Origin: a plasmid
Reading direction: 5' to 3' (one strand)
DNA: 64,000 nt
Sequence record: NZ_CP067423.1
Part shown: piece after piece, positions 37,454 to 45,023 of the stretch
How positions within the stretch are numbered: position 1 is the first letter of the stretch
How the letters are laid out: the number at the start of each line of letters is the position of its first letter
Program-made: the position numbers and the translations under genes
The notes under the pieces: model-generated
What the model saw: only the letters and a program-made list of their open reading frames with translations
What the model was told of the DNA's origin: nothing
Databases searched by the model: none

Positions 37454-37517
37454 GATAATGCAAGATTATCATTCATTATTGTTTGCCGACAGGCAGGGCG
37501 CTTTAGGCATATTATCG
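37454..37517 (+). promoter_or_regulatory. AT-rich putative promoter/operator upstream of the DUF1403 gene; the palindrome GATAAT-GCAAG-ATTATC at 37454-37470 resembles a Fur/Mur-type box
   Basis: Read directly: CGATAATGCAAGATTATCATTCATTATTGTTTGCC...GGCATATTATCG in an otherwise GC-rich context. The hexamers GATAAT/ATTATC are the Fur-box building blocks. A TATTAT -10-like element follows ~40 nt downstream. Confidence 0.3.
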
Positions 37518-37554
37518 TTGTCAAAAGCGCCGCCGTGATTCATCCTGCTTTTCG

Positions 37555-38595
37555 ATGATTCTGCGGCCCAAACTCCTCTCGCGCCACCCCGGCAAGCTTC
37601 TTGACGCGGTGGCCGTCGCTCCGTGGGCCCTGGTCCCGGCCTGGCTGCGCCGGGCAATCCCGGATGCGCAAAGCGTTGCGGGAAAGGAAGTTGAGGAGGT
37701 CGCGCTTGCTGCCGGTGCTGCTATCGGCGCCCTCGATGCGGTAGTCCGCCGGCAGGAACGGTGGGCCGGGGTCTGGCGGCAGCGCCTGGCGCTTGTCGCG
37801 GCCGCGGTGACGGCACGACAGGCCGGCCGCGTCGAGGATTCTTTGGCATTGCGCGACGCCGTGCTGCTGACACGCCCCGGCGATTTTTTGTCCGTTGGCC
37901 CGGCCGGGCTTTTGCTGCTCGCCTGGCGCCGGTTGGTCGACACGCCTGCCGAGAAACTGCTGACCGAGCGGAGCATCGGCGCGGTGTTGGAAGAACTCGG
38001 CTACGCCCCGGATGAAGAGGTGGTCAGCGCTCTGGTGGGGGAACTCGGTCAGATCGGCGGCGGGGCAGAGACGGTCGGGATGCTGACCGGTGCTTTTGTG
38101 GCCGCCGAACGCTATGGTTTTGGGCCGGCTTTCGGCGCCTGGCTCGCCGACGGTCTGCTGGCGCAGCGGCTGGCGTGGCCGCATGCAATACCGCTGCTGG
38201 GCACCGAAGCTGCTTTTTTTGGCATGCGTGCCGGGCATTCACGTCGGGCGGCGACCGGTATGGCGGCAGCGGGCCCTGAGACAGAGCCGGAGCGTGCCAA
38301 AAAACTGCTGGCGGCACAGGCGCGGGCGGCGCTGCGCGCCATCGATCTTTTTGCTGAGCTCGGCCGCCGTGCCGAAAAACTGCTGGCCGTCGCGCCGAAA
38401 CTCAGGGCCAAGGGAGCGGACGCGATCGTCGACCGGTTGTTGAACGAAGACGCGCTCATGGCCTCGCGCGGGGACAAAAAAATGGACAAAAAGATGAGTG
38501 ACCGGGGGCTACGCCGCCTGTTCGACCGGCTTCTTGTCCTGGGTGCCGTGCGTGAGCTGTCCGGTCGCCCGACCTTCCGCACCTACGGACTGTGA
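37555..38595 (+). CDS. DUF1403 family protein (346 aa)
   Basis: Alpha-helical, Ala/Leu-rich protein of the family that, in alphaproteobacterial replicons, is typically encoded immediately upstream of a ScpB-like gene, as here. Its stop overlaps the next start (GTGA). Confidence 0.65.
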   Translation: MILRPKLLSRHPGKLLDAVAVAPWALVPAWLRRAIPDAQSVAGKEVEEVALAAGAAIGALDAVVRRQERWAGVWRQRLALVAAAVTARQAGRVEDSLALRDAVLLTRPGDFLSVGPAGLLLLAWRRLVDTPAEKLLTERSIGAVLEELGYAPDEEVVSALVGELGQIGGGAETVGMLTGAFVAAERYGFGPAFGAWLADGLLAQRLAWPHAIPLLGTEAAFFGMRAGHSRRAATGMAAAGPETEPERAKKLLAAQARAALRAIDLFAELGRRAEKLLAVAPKLRAKGADAIVDRLLNEDALMASRGDKKMDKKMSDRGLRRLFDRLLVLGAVRELSGRPTFRTYGL

Positions 38596-39320
38596 CGATG
38601 GCGGCTCGTTCGACCAAAACTCGGCGAGACAATGGGGATGGGCAACGACCGTTGCTTGACCGGGAGCTGGATCACCTGCCGCCGGAGGCGCGCTGGCGCG
38701 AATGGATGCAGCGCGTTGAGGCAACCATTTTTGCCGCCAGCGAGCCGGTGACACGTAGTGTCCTCGCGCGGGTGGTTGGCGCGGATTGCAACCTCGATCT
38801 CTTGATCGACGACATTCGCGAGGAGCTGCGCGGGCGGCCTTACGACCTGGTCGCCGTCGCCGGCGGCTGGAAACATTTGACCCGGCCGACCTATGCCGAC
38901 GCCATCCGCGCCGCTATGGGCGGCAGTGAGAAGGCGATGGATCTCACGCAATCCGAGGTGCTGGTGCTGATGTGCGTGGCGTATTTCCAGCCGATCACCC
39001 GCGCCGAGTTGTCGTCTTTCTTCGGCAAGGAGATCAGTCGTGATTTTATTGGTCATCTGCGCGGCGCGAAGCTGATTGCGTCCGGCCCGCGCAGCCCGAC
39101 GCCCGGCGCGCCCTACACCTACGTGACGACCAAAGAATTCCTGTTGGAGTTCGGCCTCGACACGCTGCGCGACCTGCCGGATTTCGAGGCGCTCGAAGAC
39201 GCCGGGTTGCTGTCGAAGGAGAAGCTGCTGGCAGGGGATATTCCGATGGGGATTGCGGGCGGTGAAGATGATGGCGAGGACGAGCAGCCGAGCGTCGGTC
39301 TCGTCGACGACGCGATGTGA
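38592..39320 (+). CDS. scpB: ScpB-like protein (SMC-Scp complex subunit B family, tandem winged-helix)
   Basis: ScpB signature region VEATIFAASEPVTRSVLARVVG...DLLIDDIREELRGRPYDLVAVAGGWKHLTRP, a second winged-helix (QSEVLVLMCVAYFQPITRAELSSFFGK), and an acidic C-terminal tail. Confidence 0.75.
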   Translation: MTMAARSTKTRRDNGDGQRPLLDRELDHLPPEARWREWMQRVEATIFAASEPVTRSVLARVVGADCNLDLLIDDIREELRGRPYDLVAVAGGWKHLTRPTYADAIRAAMGGSEKAMDLTQSEVLVLMCVAYFQPITRAELSSFFGKEISRDFIGHLRGAKLIASGPRSPTPGAPYTYVTTKEFLLEFGLDTLRDLPDFEALEDAGLLSKEKLLAGDIPMGIAGGEDDGEDEQPSVGLVDDAM

Positions 39321-40162
39321 TGAACGGATCATCCTGGTTTTCCTGCGCCCGCCGATGAGAACTCATGACCATGACGACTGATCGTGCGACAGGCGATGAC
39401 CGGTGAACCTACATGGCGTTGCCGTCAAGCAGGCTGGCCGGAAATAGCACCAACTTGGTGCCGCCGGCATAGCGTCGCGGCGAGAACAGGATGTCACGAA
39501 ACCCTGCTGCTTGACCTGGTCGGCGGGCTTCCAGGAAGATTCTGATGCTGTCCCGTGTCTTCCTGACGACCAGCACGAAAGCGAATTTGCTCGTGCGAAC
39601 AAGGCCGGTCTATGCCGATGCGTCGTCTGGCGGGGCAGTTCGCTTTGGAGCGGTTTGGTGATCGCTGAGGGTCTGGGAGAGACTGTGCAGCGCCCTCAGC
39701 AATTCTCCCATCGCCATACTGTGGGACAGCCCGTCTTTTTCGACGACCTTGATCAGCGCCTCGATATGGGCGCTGTCGGTATCCCACGGATTCGAAGAAG
39801 TTTTCATAAAGCATCGATTCAGGGGCAACGCGCGGGCGGCCAGGAGCGGGATGCCGCCCGCCGTGTTGCCTGATTTGCGTACTCGTTACCTGGCGCGAAT
39901 CCCAATCTCGCTGATTATGGTTAAAATAGCATTACAGACTGCGTTTGAATCAGCACCGAAGCATGCCGCTTTGTCGGGCGGATGCAGCGGCACGAGGGCA
40001 ATGCCCGTGTCGAACGGACACGACAGGATGGCCTGCTCGATTGTCAGAAACTGAAAGCGAACAGTAGATGTCGGTGTGATCGCCAGGACTGCTGAGCGAC
40101 CTTACGGAATTCGAGGATTTCGGCTGCCCGCTTTGGCATCGAATGCTCGGTCGTGGTGATTG

Positions 40163-40356
40163 AGTGTGAAATCGCACCGAACAGTAACCCCGCGTCGAGC
40201 AGGATTTATCGACCTGATTTCATTGCGAAAATTAGAATTGTCCAAGGATCTAAGAAGGCGCAAATCGCAACCCTTCGAAAATCTGGGAAAGAGCAGCTGA
40301 ATCAGACACTTGAGCATGCTGGTGCTTGGGGTTACTGTTCGGCGCGATTTCACAAC
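40163..40356. repeat. MITE/RIME-like repetitive element, copy 1 (~194 bp) with 27-bp terminal inverted repeats TGTGAAATCGCACCGAACAGTAACCCC / GGGGTTACTGTTCGGCGCGATTTCACA
   Basis: Read directly. ~75% identical to copy 2 over the internal segment. The ORF-track ORFs 40153-40401 (+) and 40102-40404 (-) lie inside it and are discounted. Confidence 0.7.
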
Positions 40357-40614
40357 GTGTATGCGAAACTGATAAAGGTGAAGGCCGCGCCACCTCGATG
40401 ACAACCTTGTCCGCTACAATGTCGCTTGCACCTATTCGCTGCTGGGCGAGACTGATGGTGCCATCAAATTGCCGGAAATTTGCCTGAAGCAGTTTGGGAC
40501 CGACATGAAGCAATGGATCAAAAACGACTCTCGATCTCATCCGGGATCATCCGGCAATCAGACGCTTTTAGCGCCGTATTGATGTCCGTCAGCAATGCTA
40601 TGTTAGGAAGTCAA

Positions 40615-41403
40615 ATGGCTGAGCCGCCCTATCGCGTCCAGGCGTTCAACAGCGCCACGCACTCCGAAAACAGGATGCACGATGATGCGGTGGCGCAAAA
40701 ATATGGCTTCAGCGGCGGCCTGGTGCCAGGCGTCGATGTCTTTGCGTATATGGTCCACGTTCCGGTGGCGAAGTGGGGACGAGCCTTCCTCGAGCGCGGC
40801 CTGATGGAGGTGCGCTTCGCGAAGCCGGTTTACGATGGCGAAACCGTGGTGGTTACGTCCGAGCCTTCAGACGAAGGCCTAGCGATTGCGCTCAACGGCA
40901 GCGACGTTCGAGCTGCCGGCAGTGCCTCGCTGCCGGACGCGCCACCCCCGATCTCCGTTGGCGATTATCCCGAGACTGCGCCGGTTGCGGTGCGGGGGCC
41001 GGTCGATCTCAGGTCTTACCAGGTCGGCAAATGGCTCGGAACGGCGCCGCGCTCCTGGCCGGGCCAATCTGGAGCGGACTATCGGGCGGAAGTACGCGAA
41101 ACCGATCCAATCTATGCTCGCGAAGGGTTGGTGCATCCCGGTATGGTGCAGCGGGTTATGAACCGGGTCTTGATGGAGAACGCTTTACTGGGGCCGTGGA
41201 TTCATCTCGGCAGCCGCATGCAGATGCTGTCCACAGCTGCTTGCGATGAAGAGTTGGTCGCGCGGGCACGCGTTACCGCGAACTACGAAAAGAAGGGCAA
41301 CCGTTTCGTGGAAGTAGATGCCGTTGTTGTTGCGAACGGCCGGAAGTTGATCGCCCACTGCCAGCACATCGCGATCTATCAACTTCGCGAACGAGCAGCG
41401 TGA
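40615..41403 (+). CDS. MaoC-like / hot-dog fold dehydratase family protein
   Basis: Hot-dog-fold-like segments (HDDAVAQKYGFSGGLVPGVDVFAYMVH ... GNRFVEVDAVVVANGRKLIAHCQHIAIY). The start may be upstream (the ORF begins at 40480). Moderate confidence in the family. Confidence 0.5.
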   Translation: MAEPPYRVQAFNSATHSENRMHDDAVAQKYGFSGGLVPGVDVFAYMVHVPVAKWGRAFLERGLMEVRFAKPVYDGETVVVTSEPSDEGLAIALNGSDVRAAGSASLPDAPPPISVGDYPETAPVAVRGPVDLRSYQVGKWLGTAPRSWPGQSGADYRAEVRETDPIYAREGLVHPGMVQRVMNRVLMENALLGPWIHLGSRMQMLSTAACDEELVARARVTANYEKKGNRFVEVDAVVVANGRKLIAHCQHIAIYQLRERAA

Positions 41404-41606
41404 GGCACAAGGCTGTCGAGCAGCATCGTCACCGGCGCACCCGGTTCTGCAGGCCGTCAAAACAGATAAGGGAACGCAAGACACGCACGTGACAATCGCT
41501 CCACCAGACGCGGACGGGGATTCTAGTCGCCTTTCAAGTTTGTCCCCCAGGACAGCCCGTGTCTGCTTCGGCGGCGCGGGCATCCTTACAACGAAAGCAA
41601 TCAAAG

Positions 41607-42256
41607 ATGCCCAATGCGGCGCTGGTATATCCCGATACGAAGCTCTTTATTGATGGCGAATGGCGTGAGGGTCGCGAATGCCGGACTATTCCGGTTATTG
41701 ATCCGGCGACCGAGGAGACGATCGGCTCGGTTGCACATACCGCGCGCCGGATCTCGACGCCGCGCTGGCCGCCGCCGATCGCGGCTTCAAACTCTGAAGC
41801 TCAACCTCGGCGTTTGATCGGTCTAAGCTGATGTGCAAGGCCGCCGGCTTGCTGCGAGAGCGCGGAGATCGCATCGCCTGGCTCCTGACGCGCGAGCAAG
41901 GCAAACCTTTGGCAGAGGCCAAGGGCGAAGTGATGGCGGCGCCGACATCATCGATTGGTTCGCTGAGGAGGCGCGCCGCACTTGCGGCCAGGTGATTCCG
42001 GCGCGCGCGCGAAGAGCCATGCAGATGACGCTCAAAGCTGCCGGTCGGTCCGGTGGCCGCGTTCACGCCCTGGAACTTCCCGTCAATCAAACAGTGCGCA
42101 AGCTCTCCGCGGCGCTCGCCGCCGGCTGCTCGATCATCGAAGGCGCCGGCACCGCCGCCGGCGGCGCCTGCCGAGCTCCTTGGCGCCTTCGTCGATGCCG
42201 GCGTGACCGCCGGGGGTCGTCACTCTGGTCTCTGGCGCGCCGGGGGAGATCTCCGA
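41607..42256 (+). pseudogene. aldehyde dehydrogenase family gene, 5' ~215 codons with at least three frameshifts, terminated by insertion of MITE copy 2
   Basis: ALDH N-terminal segments appear in three different frames: MPNAALVYPDTKLFIDGEWREGRECRTIPVIDPATEETIGSVAHTA, then KLMCKAAGLLRERGDRIAWLLTREQGKPLAEAKGEV, then ADIIDWFAEEARRTCGQVIPARA, then [10 protein letters not shown], then ...[10 protein letters not shown]. The repeat begins immediately after ...GEISE. Confidence 0.65.
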
Positions 42257-42446
42257 GTGTGAAAATGCGCCGGCCAGTGACCCCGCGTCGAGCAGGATTT
42301 GTCGTGCTGATTTCATTGCGAAGATGAGTGTTGTCCTAGGGATCTCAGAAGGCACGATTGTGACCCTGCGAATCTCACAAAGAGCAGCTGTATCAAACTC
42401 TTGAATGTTCCAGTACCTAGGGTCACTGGCCGGCGCATTTTCGCAG
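42257..42446. repeat. MITE/RIME-like repetitive element, copy 2 (~190 bp) with terminal inverted repeats TGTGAAAATGCGCCGGCCAGTGACCCC / GGGTCACTGGCCGGCGCATTTTCGCAG
   Basis: Read directly. The terminal repeats differ from copy 1 at ~8 positions, but both arms of each copy carry the same variant (compensatory covariation). Confidence 0.7.
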
Positions 42447-42560
42447 CCGATCGCCTAATCAGATTCACGCGCTCGAAGGCGCACTGAGTCAGTCGGTCTG
42501 GTCGGCATCGAGGTATCGTCCCTCGGTTCATTACGCTTCGGCACCTTGGGGTCGATTGCA

Positions 42561-43289
42561 CTATTTGGTAGTTTGTTCCGGCGCCGCGTGGAGAGTCTGC
42601 CATGTGGCCAGGGCTCGGGACAAGTGTCGGTCCATCATTCCCACTGCCAAATCGGTTCGACGAGCCTCAATGGCTTCAAGTATCTCACAATGATCGTCGT
42701 AAGCTTGCGTGCCCCGTGAGTAATCTGAAAAGTATATTATGCGACGCTGTTTTGAGAATTCATAAAATAATTTCACCGTGCGAAGCAGTACTCTATTCTG
42801 TGTTGAAGCGACGATTCCAAGATGGAACGCTTCATCCTCAGCCTCAATTGTCTTTTTGCTATCAATTGCAAGCTTCGTTTTGTAGAGGATTTCCCTCAGC
42901 CGATCTACGTCCTGATCCCGCCTTCTATCGCAGGAAATCCGTACGCCCTGCAGCTCCAGAATACTTCGCACTTCAAACACGTCCTTAGTCTCTTCAGGCT
43001 GAAACGGCAGGCCAGAAGACGCACGAAGAACGAGGGCCTCGATGCTACTTTCCTCAGAATTTCTAAGATAGATCCCAGAGTTAGGCCTTCGCTCAATCAC
43101 ACGCATCGACTCGAGAGCGGCCAAAGCCTCGCGAACCGCCCCGCGACTGACATTGAACCTGTCGGCAAAGTCACGTTCCGACGGCAATCGTTCGTTCGGC
43201 TCATAGCGACGCTCATCAATGAATGAGAGTATTTTCCCTACAACGTTCGGGACACCGGCAATCCTATCGCTTTCCGTCTTCTCAAGCAT
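42561..43289 (-). CDS. GntR family transcriptional regulator (FadR/FCD C-terminal domain)
   Basis: GntR HTH ERLPSERDFADRFNVSRGAVREALAALESMRVIERRPNSGIYL and a helical FCD-type C-terminus. The gene lies in a lower-GC segment than its neighbours. Confidence 0.8.
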   Translation of the reverse strand: MLEKTESDRIAGVPNVVGKILSFIDERRYEPNERLPSERDFADRFNVSRGAVREALAALESMRVIERRPNSGIYLRNSEESSIEALVLRASSGLPFQPEETKDVFEVRSILELQGVRISCDRRRDQDVDRLREILYKTKLAIDSKKTIEAEDEAFHLGIVASTQNRVLLRTVKLFYEFSKQRRIIYFSDYSRGTQAYDDHCEILEAIEARRTDLAVGMMDRHLSRALATWQTLHAAPEQTTK

Positions 43290-43624
43290 TTTTCGGTCTT
43301 TTTTCCAGCCGTCAGTCCATCCCAACCAGGTCCATCCCGATACGGAAGGGTCATAAATCATACGCGTTGCTTGGCAACTCGAACCCAAAGTACCAGTGAA
43401 ACCCTAGCCGGTCTACCAAATTGGTTAATCCGGCTCCGCGCTGAAGCTGCCATATGCCCGATGGTTAAGCCACCCGTTCATTAAACTCCCCACGGCATGC
43501 CTTGCGCGTAGAGATGGCCAAGCGCGGCGCCCGGCCAACACCAAGCCGATGGCCTAGCCGTAAACGCCGTCCGCCGTTCAGGGCCTTCCTCTATCGCCAC
43601 CGCACCCTCGAGACGCAGGTCGAA

Positions 43625-43678
43625 ACTACCTTGCTCTCGTCAAACTCATTTCAGCTAAAATCTAGATGCAATTCATGG
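43625..43678 (+). repeat. direct repeat unit 1 (~54 bp) upstream of the EthD gene; contains TTGCTC...TAAAAT promoter-like hexamers
   Basis: ACTACCTTGCTCTCGTCAAACTCATTTCAGCTAAAATCTAGATGCAATTCATGG is ~78% identical to the unit at 44172-44226. Confidence 0.55.
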
Positions 43679-43738
43679 GTCGGTGACCTATAAATGCCCC
43701 CGGAACGCTCGGAGAGGCGTTCAGGTAGGAGCCCGACC

Positions 43739-44053
43739 ATGATCAAGATGAGCGTCTACTATCCGGCCCATGGCGGCTCGAAGTTCGACCACGATTACTA
43801 CTGTGCCAGCCACCTGCCACTGATCAGAGAACGAATGGGCGATGCCTGCCTGCGCTACGAGATCGAGAAGGGCCTAACGGGCCGCGAACCTGGAAGCGCG
43901 CCGGAGTTCGTCGCAGCGTGCCACATCTACTCACCGAGCCTGGGGACATTCCGGGAGGCGTTCGGCCCACACCGCGCGGAGATCGTCGCGGACGTCGCCA
44001 ACTATACGGACATCGCACCCATCGTGCAGATCAGCGAAATCGTTGGAGCGTAA
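43739..44053 (+). CDS. EthD-family protein (Dabb/YciI-like alpha+beta barrel, 104 aa)
   Basis: MIKMSVYYPAHGGSKFDHDYYCASHLPLIRERMG...FREAFGPHRAEIVADVANYTDIAPIVQISEIV is the typical EthD fold. AGGAG Shine-Dalgarno 8 nt before the ATG. Confidence 0.65.
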   Translation: MIKMSVYYPAHGGSKFDHDYYCASHLPLIRERMGDACLRYEIEKGLTGREPGSAPEFVAACHIYSPSLGTFREAFGPHRAEIVADVANYTDIAPIVQISEIVGA

Positions 44054-44171
44054 GGGCTTCGGTGCGTCAGGCTTGGCCGTTGTCCGGGATCGGCGTCGTG
44101 CTCGCCATGACCAGCTAACCGGTGCCGAACAGGTCCACGATCAGGAACGTGTCATTGCCATTCATGCGACA

Positions 44172-44226
44172 ACTACTTTGCTCTCGTCAAGCGCGCTTCA
44201 GCCAAAATCTGGATGCGCTCTATGAA
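44172..44226 (+). repeat. direct repeat unit 2 (~55 bp) downstream of the EthD gene
   Basis: ACTACTTTGCTCTCGTCAAGCGCGCTTCAGCCAAAATCTGGATGCGCTCTATGA is the partner of 43625-43678. Confidence 0.55.
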
Positions 44227-44587
44227 CCGGTGAAGTAGACCGGCGCTGGCGAACGGTTCCAGAAAGCACCCGAAGCCTGCATCATTAACTCCATCTATCT
44301 TCGAAGTAGGGGTCAAAGTTCGGTCGTGCGGATACCCGCCGGGACCAGCGCCGCGTCGATCATTGCCATGACCATGTTCTGCGGGGCCTTGCCGATGTCG
44401 ATGACATGTCGGCGGTGTCTATAGTGAGGGTGAACATGCGTCTCTCTCCTCACCTGCGAAGAGTAGAGCGAAGGTGCAGCCCGCTCACCGACTTGAGGCC
44501 AGCCTGCCGCAAAGTTCATCGGCAAAACCCGCTTCCAAGCACATTCCGCACGCAAAAGCCGTTTCACGCTTTTGCTTGGAAATGGGG

Positions 44588-45019
44588 TTAGCCCTTGTCC
44601 GCGGCCAGGCCTACCTGTTCGACAGCGTGCGCCGCGCAGATTTCGTCGTTGTCCGATGTATCGCCGGAGATTCCGACAGCACCGAGGGTTTCGCCCGCTT
44701 CCCCGCGTATCAGGACACCACCGGGAACCGGCACGATCTTCCCGCCGGAAACGCCGGACAGGGCTTGGACAAAATGAACACGCTCGGCGGCGGCCGCGTT
44801 CAGCCAGCGGGAGCCCGAGCCGACCGCCAGCGCGCCATAGGCTTTGCCAAAGGCGATCTCGAAGCGGAGCATGGAAGAACCATCCTGCTTCTGGAATGCG
44901 ATGAGGTGGCCGCCTGCATCGAGCACCGCGACCGAGAGCGGCTTCAGGTTGAGCTCCCGCCCCCGATCCAGCGCGGATTCGATGATGCGATTGGCGACAT
45001 TCAACGTGATGGTATTCAT
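44588..45019 (-). CDS. glcG: GlcG/HbpS-like heme-binding protein (DUF336)
   Basis: LNLKPLSVAVLDAGGHLIAFQKQDGSS...GGKIVPVPGGVLIRGEAGETLGAVGISGDTSDNDEICA is the DUF336/GlcG signature. It lies 4 nt downstream of glcB. Confidence 0.7.
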   Translation of the reverse strand: MNTITLNVANRIIESALDRGRELNLKPLSVAVLDAGGHLIAFQKQDGSSMLRFEIAFGKAYGALAVGSGSRWLNAAAAERVHFVQALSGVSGGKIVPVPGGVLIRGEAGETLGAVGISGDTSDNDEICAAHAVEQVGLAADKG

Positions 45020-45023
45020 TGTT

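Noticed and set aside
39610-39807. 72-codon - strand ORF (MKTSSNPWDTDSAHIEALIKVVEKDGLSH...) downstream of the ScpB gene
   Set aside because: No Shine-Dalgarno and no family. It lies in a region of overlapping spurious ORFs, so it is left uncalled.
40102-40404. ORFs of 82 aa (+) and 100 aa (-) between the ScpB gene and the MaoC-like gene
   Set aside because: Both lie wholly within MITE-like repeat copy 1 and have no start signals.
44313-44567. 84-aa - strand ORF downstream of glcG
   Set aside because: His/Arg-rich with no motif. Probably non-coding 3' region.
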